The notes beneath the pieces were generated by a model, which had not been told where the DNA came from, ran no database searches, and worked only from the letters and a program-made list of their open reading frames with translations. From the NCBI RefSeq assembly GCF_039654945.1, contig NW_027361757.1:2728001-2792000 (forward strand): a stretch of 64,000 nucleotides of DNA, read 5' to 3'. Below, piece by piece: positions 23,331 to 35,896 of this stretch. Position 1 is the stretch's first letter. Every line of letters begins with the position of its first letter. The position numbers and the translations under genes are program-made. The stretch comes from Dendrobates tinctorius. Its lineage: Eukaryota.

Positions 23331-26300
23331 TAGGAATGAGTGGACCCGTGGATGTTCGGGTTCGCTGGGTTCGGTTGGCCTTTTTAAAAAGTCCAGTTTG
23401 GGACCCGAATCCATATAAGTCAATGGGGTCCTGAAATTCAGTGCTGTAAAATATCTGTAAAATTGTTGGAGTAAGGGGTAGGGGGCTGCAAAAGGAAAAA
23501 AATGGGAATAAGAGCAGGGAAATTGCCCTGCAAACAAATGTGGATAGGGAAATGACTTGCAAGGGTTCTGTTACCACCACAATCATGGTAAAATAGGAAG
23601 TGAATGAATAACAAAAATTTTAACAATGCCCTTACAGAGACTGATGCTTGCTACTGCCAGTCCAGTTAAAAATTTCATTCACAAAGCATGGGGCACAGTA
23701 CCCCCACAGAAGCTGATAACAAATTTTACCCACAGAGCATGGGTCACAGTACCCCCACAGAAGCAGAAAGACGCTGCTGATGGCAACTGAGTTTCATCAT
23801 CATCTGACATGTGTTTCTGTGGTCCACTGACCGTGTGCACTAACCCTCCCACGTACTCATCCTCCAAAGTAACAAGTGGTTGGGCATCAGTGCACTCAGT
23901 CTCTTCCACGTCTGGGGCAGGAACAGGTGCATGAACCACGGAACCACATACAACGGGATCATCAAAAAGCAGAAAAGACTGCGGCATGACTTGGGGTTCA
24001 GACTGCTTCACTGATTTGCAAAGGGGTGAGGTGGAAGCCGAATGACCATGGTCCTCAGGTGTCTACTGTGCATTTTCTGAATTAACCCAGTGGAGGATAA
24101 CGCGAAGGACCTGGAGTCACTCTCAGCCATCCAATTTATCACATTTTCAACATCTTGTGTCCTCACTATTCAAGCAGCAGTATTCAGACCTACAAAAGGA
24201 CGCATAATGTCTTCTCGTCTGCAAGCACTAGATGAAGGTGTTGTATTTGGGCTCAAAGCAGGCACAGAATGATGACATCCTCTCCCTGCATCAGCTACAC
24301 CATCACCACCACCATCAGCAGCTACTTTATCGCCACCACGGCCATGTCCACATCCCCTATTTGATGTTCTCTTCATTTTTGTAAGTGTTTTTTCTAAATA
24401 CTACTTGCAAAGAGATCTCAGAAGAGTAGATTTATTTATTTGCAACAGCACTATAAAACATTTATTTGGCCTGTAAATGGCAACAAGATGGCTGATGTCA
24501 TTTATTTATTTCCCAGACTACTATAAAACACAACAGTTGAGAAAAATTATTTAATAGGCCTATAAATGGCAATGAGATGGCTGATGCCAATTATTTATTT
24601 GCAATATTACTAGAAAACACACAGCGGTCCTGAAAAATTATTTATATGGCCTAAAAATGACAATAAGATGGCTAATGCCAACTATTTATTTACCAGGCTA
24701 CTATAAAACACACATCAGTTAAAAAAAAATATTTATTTGGCCTAGAAAAGTCAACAAGATGGCTGATGCCAATTACTTATTTGCAACTCTACTAGAAAAC
24801 ACACAGCAGTCCAGAAAAATTATTTTTTGGGCCTAGAAATTGAAATGAGACGGCTGATGCAAATTATGTATTTTCAAAAATACTAAAACAAAACATAGCG
24901 GTCCAAAAAAATTATTTCTTAGGCCTAGAAATGCCATGAGATTGCTGATGCCAATTATTTATTTGCAACATTACTAGAAAACACACACCAGTCCTCCAAA
25001 ACTATTTATTTGGCTTATAAATGGCAATGAGATGGCTGACGCCAATTATTTTCAAAAGTACTATAAAGCCCACACCTGTTTAGATAAGTTATTTTTTTAC
25101 CAAAAAATGGCAATGACACGGCAGATGACATCTTGGGAAACACCCTATGTTCAGGGTGCCATACCCACACAGCAACACAGACTTCCTGGAGAAGTCCGAG
25201 ATTGGGGTCCATGCCCGAACAGTAGGCATTCGATATGAACCCCAAACTTAACTGTTTGGTTTCACCCATCTCTACTAGAAAGCACACACCGGTCCATAAA
25301 AATTATTTATTTGGCCTATAAATGGCAACGAGACAGCTCATGCCAATTATTTGTTTTCAACAGTACTAGAAAACACACAGGAGTCCTGAAAAATTATTTA
25401 TGTGGCCTAGAAATGGGAACGAGATGGCTGATGCCAATTAGTTATTTCAAAGACTACTATAAAACACAATCATTTAGAAAAATTATATATTTGCTCAGAG
25501 ATGGCAACAAGATGGCTGATGCCAATTATTTATTTCCCAGACCTCTGGAAAACACATAGGGGCTTAAATACACAGTACTCCCACAGGCATGGGGGGCAGA
25601 GTTCACAAAGTGGCTTAAAAGCACAGAACTCCCACTTGCAGAGGGTTCAGAGTACACACATCGTTCGGCTAAAAAGCAGAGTACTCTCACAGGTGGAGGG
25701 GCAAACAGCAGTTTAAAGGCACAGTACTCCCACAGGCTAAGGGTGCAGAGTACACACAGTGTCTTAAATGCACAGTACTCTCATAGGCAGGAGGGGTCTG
25801 TGTACACACAGTGGCTTAAATGCACAGTGCTCCCACAGGCTGGGTGGCAGAGTACACACTTCGGCTTAAAGGCACAGTACTCCCACAGGCAGGGGTTGCA
25901 GAGTTCATACAGTGGCTTTTTGGCACAGTACTCCCACAATATGGATTGCAGAGTACACACAGCGGATTTTGGCATAGTACTCTGACAGATATGGATTACA
26001 GAGTACACACAACAACATTTTTGCAGAGTACGCAGTCAGAATCTGTCCCTTATTCTAGCTGCGTCCTATCCCTACACTAAAAAGAGCATAATGGTGATGG
26101 CACTCATGATAAGGCTTTTATACAGGCCGGGTCACATGGTGCATTGGCCAATCTCAGCTATGCCAATACTTGGCATGGCAGTGATTGCTCCGGAAGTGCC
26201 CACAGTCTAGAAGCTTGTTGATTGGCTGTGCTGCAAACTAGTGAGCTCAAACACAAAATCAGACGTACAGTAAAAAGTCCATGTTTGGAGTTCTTCACCA

Positions 26301-26357
26301 GACACTAGGTGTCTGGTATGGACCCAGAACTTTACCATTTGGGCTTTCTCACCCTTA
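23331..26357 (-). mobile_element. Internally deleted old hAT element retaining promoter, tandem repeats and the transposase N-terminus
   Basis: Termini TAGGAATGAG / CTCACCCTTA; ORF pieces MKRTSNRGCGHGRGG and TECTDAQPL resemble the N-terminus at 57136-57827 (MRKCGGRGRG, MECTDAQPL). Confidence 0.65.
24430..26030. repeat. Two tandem arrays inside the hAT remnant: ~88-91 bp unit (24430-25555) and ~51 bp unit (25560-26030)
   Basis: Recurring ATGGCAACAAGATGGCTGATGCCAATT and GCACAGTACTCCCACAGG. Confidence 0.8.
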
Positions 26358-26644
26358 GTTCTGAGCATCTGCAAGTTCTGCTTTGTGACCCCTTGGCCAA
26401 TTATTGCTTGGACAGGTATTCTTTTGGAATGCCTACCATCATACAATATAGTTCCTTTCTAGAGCTACTGCAGAAGAAATTTGAGGATGAACATGACTTT
26501 CCCCAAAAATAACAGTGATCCCCAGGGCAGTATTAAGGTGCAGCCATACGTTGATGCTGGTCATTTGAAGAAAACTCCACCATTTGTGGCAGACTGATGG
26601 CCAGTTGATTATAAAACAAAATATGCTTATGCTTGTTGGCTCAC

Positions 26645-26685
26645 CACGGGTTGGCAGAGTTTCAGTTGTGTGGCCAGCCACCTTG
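26645..26685 (-). other. Possible small upstream exon (KVAGHTTETLPTR), phase-compatible with 17894-17964
   Basis: CATTTCTGCTTAG acceptor; GTG|GTGAGC donor; ends in phase 1. Could be chance. Confidence 0.2.
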
Positions 26686-26760
26686 CTAAGCAGAAATGAG
26701 CATGTGCAACCATTACTGCTATAGACAGTGAATAGAGCAGTGCTTACACATGCTCACAAC

Positions 26761-29700
26761 TAGTGTTGAGCTTTCCGATACCGCAAGTATCGGGTATCGG
26801 CTGATATTTGCCGTATCGGAATTCCGATACCGAGTACCGATACGTTTTTCATATCGGATACCGGAATCGGAAGTCCAAAATGCAATGAGCCACTTTTGTG
26901 GCTCTGATTGGCTGCCGAAATTACGTCATCATGATGCGCTGTCTGTGCGCATCATGATGCGCCGTCAGTTCGGGCCTTTGGGGGGGCTGTGCCGACTGTC
27001 CGGGGGTCTGTACCGGCCTGCCGGTGGTCTGTGCAGGCTCCGGGGGTCTGTGCCGGCCTGCCGGGGGGCTGTGCCGGCCTGCCGGTGGTCTATGCAGGCT
27101 CCGGTGGTCTGTGCCGGCCTGCCGGGGGGCTGAGCCGGCCTGCTGGTGGTCTGTGCAGGCTCCGGGGGTCTGTGCCGGCCTGCCAGGGGGCTGTGCCGGC
27201 CTGCCGGTGGTCTGTGCAGGCTCCGGTGGTCTGTGCCGGCCTGCCGGGGGGCTGTGCCGGCCTGCCGGTGGTCTGTGCAGGCTCCGGGGGTCTGTGCAGG
27301 CATCGTCCGATGGGACTACAAGTCCCATCGGGCGATGCCTGCTACCATGACAGTGATTGACACATTAGCCAATGATGGGACAGTAGCAGTCCCATCATCC
27401 GGCTAATGTGTTGAATGTACAAAAAAAAAAATAAAAAAAAAAAATTACATGCTACATACATGCTACATACATACAACATGCATACTACATATATACTACA
27501 TGTAACATACTACATGCAACATGCATACTACATACATGCTACATACTACATGCATGCTACATACATGCTACATACTACATACATGCTACACACATAATAC
27601 ATATACTACATGCATGCAACATACATACAACATATATACTACATGCATGCAACATGCATACTACATATATACTATATATACTACATGTAACATACATACT
27701 ATATATACTACATGCTACATACATGCAACATACATACTACATACATGCTACATACATAATACATATTTACTACATGCATGCAACATACATACAACATATA
27801 TACTACATGCATGCAACATGCATACTACATATATACTATATATACTACATGTAACATGCATACTACATATATACTACATGCTACATACATACAACATACA
27901 TACTACATACATGCTACATACATACACACTACATGCTACATACATGCAACATACATGCTACATACTACATACATACTACATATATACCACATGCATGCAA
28001 CATGCATACTACATATATACTGCATATATACTACATGCATGCAACATACATATATACTACATACAATACATACATATAGACATACAGTACATATAACATA
28101 GAGTACATACTCACCGTCACTTGTCACTTTGATCCCCGAAGCCATTGTCCCCTTGAGGAATTTCCCACGCAGCAATGGCATAAAGTGAGACTAGGGACTT
28201 TTTTTTTTTAAAGTGGTGGAGGAATACAGTGCGGAAGGATACCTACCTTCCGTCATTGTATTCCTGGAGCTGGTAGAGAACGGTAGCATCAGCTGATGCT
28301 GCTGTTCTCCACGCAAGATGGACGTGGGACCCTCGTGGACTTCTGCGGATCGGGGTAAGTATATTGGTGTTTTTTTATTTTGATATTTATTCCTCAGGCG
28401 ACAATGGCTTCGGGGATCAAAGTGACAAGTGACGGTGAGTATGTACTCTATGTTATATGTACTGTATGTCTATATGTATGTATTGTATGTAGTATATACA
28501 GTATGTATGTTGCATGCATGTAGTATATATGCAGTATATATGTAGTATGCATGTTGCATGCATGTGGTATATATGTAGTATGTATGTAGCATGTATGTAG
28601 TATGTAGCATGTATGTAGTATGTATGTTGCATGTATGTTGCATGTAGTATATATGTAGTATGTATGTTACATGTAGTATATATAGTATATATGTAGTATG
28701 CATGTTGCATGCATGTAGTATATATGTTGTATGTATGTTGCATGCATGTAGTAAATATGTTATATGTATGTTGCATGCATGTAGTATATATGTATTATGT
28801 ATGTAGTATGTATGTAGCATGTATGTACTATGTATGTTGCATGTATGTAGCATGTAGTATATATGTAGTATGTATGTTGCATGCATGTAGTACATATGTT
28901 GTATGTATGTTGCATGCATGTAGTATATATGTAGCATGTATGTAGTATGTAGCATGTAGTATATATGTAGTATGTATGTTACATGTAGTATATATAGTAT
29001 ATATGTAGTATGCATGTTGCATGCATGTAGTATATATGTTGTATGTATGTTGCATGCATGTAGTATATATGTATTATGTATGTAGCATGTATGTAGTATG
29101 TATGTAGCATGTATGTAGTATGTAGCATGTATGTAGTATGCATGTTGCATGTAGTATATATGTAGTATGTATGTTACATGTAGTATATATGTAGTATGCA
29201 TGTTGTATGTATGTAGCATGTAAATTTTTTTTTTTTCTTTTTTTTTTACATTCAACACATTAGCCGGATGATGGGACTACTACTGTCCCATCATTGGCTA
29301 ATGTGTCAATCACTGTCATGGTAGCAGGCATCGCCCGATGGGACTTGTAGTCCCATCGGACGATGCCTGCACAGACCCCCGGAGCCTGCACAGCCCACCG
29401 GCAGGCCGGCACAGACCACCGGAGCCTGCACAGGCCACTGGCAGGCCGGCACAGACCACCGGAACCTGCACAGACCACAGCTCCCCGTCAGGCCGGCACA
29501 GACCCCCGGAGCCTGCACAGACCACCGGCAGGCCGGCACAGCCCCCCGGCAGGCCGGCACAGACCACCGGAGCCTGCACAGACCCCCCGGCAGGCCGGCA
29601 CAGCCCCCCGAAAGGCCCGTACAGACCCCAGAGAGGCTGTACAAGGCAAAAATAGGGTTTTTCTTATTCCGATACCGGAAGTCCCATAGACTTGAATGGG

Positions 29701-29801
29701 ACTTCCGGTATAGGAATCGGCGATACCCGATATTTTTTTTAGATCTGCCGATACCATCCGATCCGATACTTTTAAGTATCGGACGGTATCGCTCAACACT
29801 A
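26761..29801. mobile_element. 3.0-kb non-autonomous hAT element with palindromic minisatellite/microsatellite arms
   Basis: TIRs TAGTGTTGAGC / GCTCAACACTA; perfect 8-bp TSD CTCACAAC (26753-26760, 29802-29809). Confidence 0.92.
27445..29221. repeat. Inverted pair of complex (TACA/CATG)n microsatellites (27445-28095 and 28445-29221)
   Basis: Directly visible. Confidence 0.9.
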
Positions 29802-31944
29802 CTCACAACCATTCAATGAACTCAGGAGCTTTTTAGATCGCTGGTCTTGCAATCCATGGGGGTCTCATCAATTGCATCCCCAGTGATCATATATTTAATA
29901 CCTATCCTGTGGATAAGTTATATATATTGTTTATGGGATATCCCCTATAACTAAGATAGCATCATGACGAATACATATGTCATGGTATTCCATTTTAGTT
30001 TCTTTTGGACCTTTATATTACTGACATGAAATATACCAAACTTCCACAGCAAAACATAAGGCAATGTAGTGGATTCACTTAGATTATCTTAATTTCCCAA
30101 GATTAGAAGAAATTAGCTATTATTTCTTAACACATTTCATCCTGTGAAAATACTGATTTGCGGCCTGATCAGTGAACCATTTTGACAGATCAGCTTGGGA
30201 CTGATTCCCAGATATCTTAATTGAAATGATATTAAATATGAAGGCTCTGAAATAGTCTTTTTGAATGAACATTGACAAATTGTAATCCAATTCTAGTGAC
30301 AGCAGTAGACATAGCAGGCTGAGGTACAAGGAGGTAGCTACAAAGAAAAAACAGATGTGACTTTAACAATAATTACATATAAACGGTCCTTACAAAATCA
30401 GTAGGAATGCCCTGCAGTCTCTTTGACATATGCTCTAATATTGCAGACACCACCTTTCAATTGTTCAGCAGATGTAAAGTATTGTAATAATGGTTAAGTT
30501 AGACAGAAATCCAAAAGAGGCAGAAAACTGCTGTGGGCATTTACTATGCAAAATGGTGGAAATGTCAATCTCACGTTAACCCATTGTCTTCCAGAATACT
30601 TTTATATTTTAAAATTATAAAAAAGTCCAAGAAAATATATACTGACTGCTGAAGCAAGTCTAGTAAGCTGGCAGAACTCTGCAGTAATATGGCCAATGTG
30701 TTGCTTTTCTTATATATGGTACAGGTGGATTGTCATTAGTTTACAGTTGTGGAATTTAGGCTACTTTCAGGCTAGCGTTCAGAGGCGCAGCGCAGGGCCA
30801 CCGCTAAGCTCCACCCCAACCGTGCCTCCTCCGGTCAGCTCCTCCTACGATCGCATGATGCTGCATGCAATCAGCGTACCCTATATTTAGCGCTTGGGTA
30901 CGCTGGCCGTGCGCTGGTATAATTTTGCCGGCGCTTGTGCCCTTAGGCACACAAAAGCGCCTAGCCATTTATTTCCATGTGAAATGACAGGCTACAATAA
31001 AGTCAAAAGTCCAGCCATTCTGATAAGTTACAAAATGGCAAAATGGTACCCAATTAGTCCAGCAACAGAGAAACTATGGCAAAACTAGCTTCCATTAGGC
31101 TTTGTCATTGAACATTACACCATTTTGCAGAAAGAAAAAGTTTTCTGAACCAAGATGAAACAAACACATTATAGTGAAAGGGGTCTACCTGGCTCAAAGA
31201 ACAGAAGTTGTGTATTTCTGTTCCTATTTCTGAACAGAAAAAGCAACGATGAATACTAGTATGAGCCCAGCCTAAATAACAAGCCTGACTTAGGTTAGGA
31301 AATAAGGTCATCCTTTGCGTGGGCATTTTATGTAGAGGCGATGTAATTCTAATTTGCATTCTGGAAGTTATGTATAAAAGTTCTATGTAATAATTCGACA
31401 AAATATCATGATATAATGTCGTTAGTTATCTAAACTGTAGAAACAGGAATTAAATTCTACAGAAAACTATTTTCTCCAGAACATGGATTTTTAAAAGCTT
31501 GTGCAGCAAGAATTCGGCAAAATGGTGACCCGCTGGCAACAATTTTGCTTAACTAAAGAGCTTTGACAAAAAGTTAAAATAAAACAAAAAACACTAATAC
31601 TCACCTCACTGTTCATCTCTCCAGTCATCCCTTCTGCTCGCTGTTCTTATATGATCCTAAATGTCTTTACATACTGTCACTTTGTGCTGAAATATAACGA
31701 TTCTTCATGCTAGCCTAGGACTTCAAGTTACAACCAGAATGTCTCTCCGCATGTGCAATGTAAAGTCTTGACATTGCAACATCATGGTTTTCATGCGCTT
31801 CATAAGAGTGAACATATGATGATGATATGCATAGATGTCCCAGTCAAGGCCAGAAGTCCTTGCCGAGCATGAAGAGATCTTCGTTTTCAGCGGGAAGAGG
31901 AGATGCCAAGGACTGTATGGGAGATAGTGAGCAGGGAAGGTAGC

Positions 31945-32180
31945 TGAAGAACTGAGCAGTGCAGGTGGCTGTAAGGGATAGCAGTGCAAGAAGCTGGAGG
32001 AGGGAGCAGCACAGGTGGCTGGAGAGGTGAGCAGTGCAGGAGGCTGGAGAGGTGAGCAGCGCAGGTGGCTGGAGAGGTGAACAATGCAGGTGGCTGGAGA
32101 GATGAGTAGTGCAGGTGGCTGGAGAGGTGACCATCGCAGGTGGCTGGAGAGGAGAGCAGCGCAGGAGGCTGGAGAGGTGA
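31945..32180. repeat. 25-bp minisatellite (~9 copies)
   Basis: Unit GCAGGTGGCTGGAGAGGTGAGCAGT. Confidence 0.85.
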
Positions 32181-32299
32181 TGCACTTGGCACACTTGACT
32201 GTGCCAAAATTCTGGTGCATTTTGTATCAAAAGTCCGGCTAATTATATTAGTTGAAGAATAGAGGAACAAGGCTTGCAAGCACCACAAAGACTGCTTAT

Positions 32300-34809
32300 C
32301 AGTAGCGTAGCTACTGGGGGCAGAGGGGGTGGTAGCCCACCCCCAATACAGTTACATTCTGCGGCAGAGCAGGGAGAATCGATGTCCCTGCTCTGCCGCC
32401 TGGCAGCTATGGGCCCCTGAGCAGGTGGGGGGCCCGATGCCAGCAGTGGGCCCCCTACCTGTCATCGATCGCAGGTTCAGCTGTATAGGCATCCAGCTGA
32501 TACAGCTGACTGCAGTGATGGGAGAAGGAGTGAGCACTCCTTCTCCCATCATCTCCCTCTCGCTGATAGCGGGTGCGATGGCGTTACTTCCCGGCGCCCG
32601 CTGTCAGGAGATGAGCGGGAGCAGTGAGAAGCGCAGGAGCAAGAGAGGTGAGTGTTGGATTTATTTATGGGGGTGCAGGATACTACAGTCTGCCTATGGG
32701 GGGCTGCCTTATACTACAGTCTGCCTATAAGGGATCGGGAGGCTGCCTTATACTACAGTATGCCTATAGGGGATGGGGGGTTGCCTTATACTACAGTCTG
32801 CCTATAGGGGATGGGCGGGCTGCCTTAGACTACAGTCTGCCTATAGGGGATGGGGGGCTGCCTTAGACTACAGTCTGCTTATAGGGGATGGGGGGCTGCC
32901 TTATACTACAGTCTGCCTATAGGGGATGGGGGATACTGCCTTATACTACAGTCTGCCTACAGGGTGGGGGTGCTGCCTTATACTACAGTCTGCCTATAGG
33001 GTAGGGGTGCTGCCTTATACTACAGTCTGCCTATTGGGGATGGGGGGCTGCCTTATACTACAGTCTGCCTATAGGGGATGGGGGGGCTGCCTTATACTAC
33101 AGTCTGCCTATAGGGGATGGGGGCTGCCTTACACTACAGTCTGCCTATGGGGGGGATGCTGCCTTACATTACAGTCTGCTTATGGGGGGCTGCAATCTAC
33201 TATTGAGTCTGCCTATGGGGGGCTGCAATATTGTCATGGTCCAGTCCGGAGTTTATTTTCTGCTGTCTTCACTCTAGACTGGTCATGCGGGGGTTAATCT
33301 CCTCAGCCTCATTCTGGAGCTAGCTGGGCTATTTCAGTCTGTCACAGCCTGATGACCAATGTTAGTCATAGCTCAAACTTCCAGTTTAGAGCCTCTTACC
33401 CTTGTACCTTGGTGATCCTCCTGCCTTTGACTTGTATCCACGTGTATGACCCGGACTGATCTTTGACCCCGTCTCTTGGTATTCGTCTCTGCCGCTACAT
33501 GGTATTTGATTCCTCGGTTTGCACCCCAACCACGTATTTCGTCTCACGTTTTTGGACCCGTGCTCATGTTTTGGCTTTCTGACCCTTGGCTTGGTATTTT
33601 GACTACATGTATTGCTGCTGCTTCTAGTACGACTGCTCGTGATAGTTTCTGACTCGGTTCGTCTGACCATTCTCTCTCGTTACCTGTGACACCTGTGCAG
33701 TTGCTCAGTGTTGCTACCCGTAGTGTGTAACCTCTCTTCCCTCACCAGCTCCCCCTGGTGGAGGTTTCTGTACATTTATACTGTAGTGTCTGCCTATGGG
33801 GGCTGCATTATACTATATTGAGGACTATCTGGTGTATTATACTATATGGAGGCTATCTAGGGGGCCATCATACAGTGTGGAGATTACAGTGAGGGGGCCA
33901 TCATACAATGTGGAGGTTACAGTGAGGGGTCATCATACAGTGTTGGAGCCATCATTGGGGGATACTAAGGGGTTAGTATGTATACAGTGAGGTGGAATTA
34001 TGATGTGTATAGGGGAGCTGTACAGGGGGGGAGACTCAGGACAATATTAAATGTAAAGTGGGCACTTATTGTTATAGGGGAACTCAGATTACTGTGACTG
34101 TCAAACGGGGCACACAGAGGGCATTATTACATTCTAAAGGACAAAATGTGGGCACTGTTTTCTAGGGCACTTGCACCCAACATTACTATATTATAGCGGG
34201 ATGCTTTAGAATTTAGAGGGCACACAGAACCACACAATGCAGTAGGTGAAGTAATAGGGACACATACAGCAGCAGCGGCTCAGCATTGGGGTATCAGGTG
34301 CAGTAATATGGACACATACAGCAGCAGCGGCTCAGCATTGGGATATCAGGTGCAGTAATAGGGACACATATGGCAGCAGCGGCTCAGCATTGGGGTATCA
34401 GCATCCCATGGTGATGGGACTGGAATATGAGAAGTGAAACGTGTCTTTGTTGTATTCTCTGTAGCCGAGTCCTGGCTGGAGATGTTGTCATTGTCAGTCT
34501 GGGCCAGATGGAAAAGATGTGAAAAGTGAACGATTCCATCAGAAAGAACGTCGGTGGTAAGTCGCCAACTATAACTGTGCAGTAATCATTTACAGTATAT
34601 GTTTTGTAGGACTGGTATTTACCAATGACCATATGACGGTAATATCCACGTTGGTCTTTATATAGAGATTATTTTCAGTAAGAGCGCAGTCATCTCCTAC
34701 ATCCACTATTAATGTAGAGTGCACCACTGAGTTGTAATCAAAGTTACCTGGTTAGGGGCCCACTCAGAAGTTTCGCCCTCCCCGAACCAAAACCCTAGGT
34801 ACGTCTCTG
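32300..34809. mobile_element. Non-autonomous hAT element with minisatellites and a nested LTR-like fragment (33232-33774)
   Basis: TIRs CAGTAGCGTAGCTA / TAGGTACGTCTCTG; perfect 8-bp TSD CTGCTTAT (32292-32299, 34810-34817); ~37-bp array at 32680-33230; 52-bp x3 array at 34245-34400. Confidence 0.85.
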
Positions 34810-35151
34810 CTGCTTATGCTTTGGGAAAACAAATGATGTGACATAAAAATACTCTTCCTGGAATTTTTTCCAAGCCCCAGACATTAGTGAACTGTTAACA
34901 AGCCCTTGTAGACTTTAGATGGAAATCAGTGGCATATGCCTATTAAAATGTGGCCCACTTCACATTTACTCTTAGATATTTATTTTTTCTTTCACATTTT
35001 CTGAATATTTTCTATGCAAGATCCAGTGTTTGTTATTCTGGGCTGCTTTCTTACTGTCGATATGAAGTATCACCCATTATGGCCATATTCACGCGTTCAG
35101 TATTTGGTCAGTATTTTACATCAGTAGCTGTAAGTCAAAACCAGGAGAGGG

Positions 35152-35682
35152 TGTGTCTGTGCCCTGAGTAGAGGATAACCTGCCTCACCAGGAACAACTA
35201 ACATATCCACTCACAGCACACACTCACAAACACAGGCCATTAAAGGCAGAGCCGAAGCCCCAAGCACACACACGACACAAATATGAATGATCCTAGTGCA
35301 CCGCCGGGCGGCCCAGAGGACCTTCTATACATTCCAGTCAGTTAGGACCTTGCTTGTGGGCAAATCTGGATCCGCTGCAGGACCTGAGCAGCTGACGACC
35401 GACCACCAATGAGAGGTCTCCACCTTACGAGCATGCTCAATAGGGCGAATTCTGGACTTAGCCTCAGGAACGACTGCTCACCACTGTCTATGGCCAGTTA
35501 CTATAGCTAGCTGAATCTGGAGAGGCAGCAGTAACACAGCGCACAGCACGAGTCTGGCCAGACACCGAGACCGATGTCTCTACAGAGCATGCTCCACTGC
35601 GGTAGAAGAAATATGGGAGACTGCACGAGAAGAGAAGGCTTGGGATCCATCCTGTGCAGAGGGAGAATCCTGGCACCTAACA
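35152..35682 (-). mobile_element. LTR fragment, same family as 20397-20855
   Basis: Shared blocks; minus-strand TGTTAGG terminus. Confidence 0.6.
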
Positions 35683-35896
35683 CCTCCTTGCATCACTTAC
35701 TGTAAGTATCCCTCACCAGTGATCCTTCTTTATGGCTAAAGATGAGCGAATTTTATTGGGTCCCTGCTTATTCGGCAAGCTATAGCGCTTACCAAATAAG
35801 TTACAGCGGAACCCGTATACATGGAGCGCTCCGGGTGATCATCTGTCCGGTGCCGCAGCTGCATGTGTTGTGGCTGTGTGACAGTCACAGCACATA

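Noticed and set aside
26921-27406. Overlapping G/P/A/C/R-rich ORFs, also at 29260-29812, 41268-41810 and 45645-46206
   Set aside because: A GC minisatellite open in all frames; no protein signature.
27415-29258. Long H/T/Y/I-rich ORFs (up to 263 aa), also at 41812-44019
   Set aside because: They are translations of stop-poor (TACA)n microsatellites inside a MITE.
30120-30340. Minus-strand exon or ORF after a strong acceptor (also 13266-13427 and 38352-38618)
   Set aside because: No convincing donor or recognisable peptide; compatible with chance.
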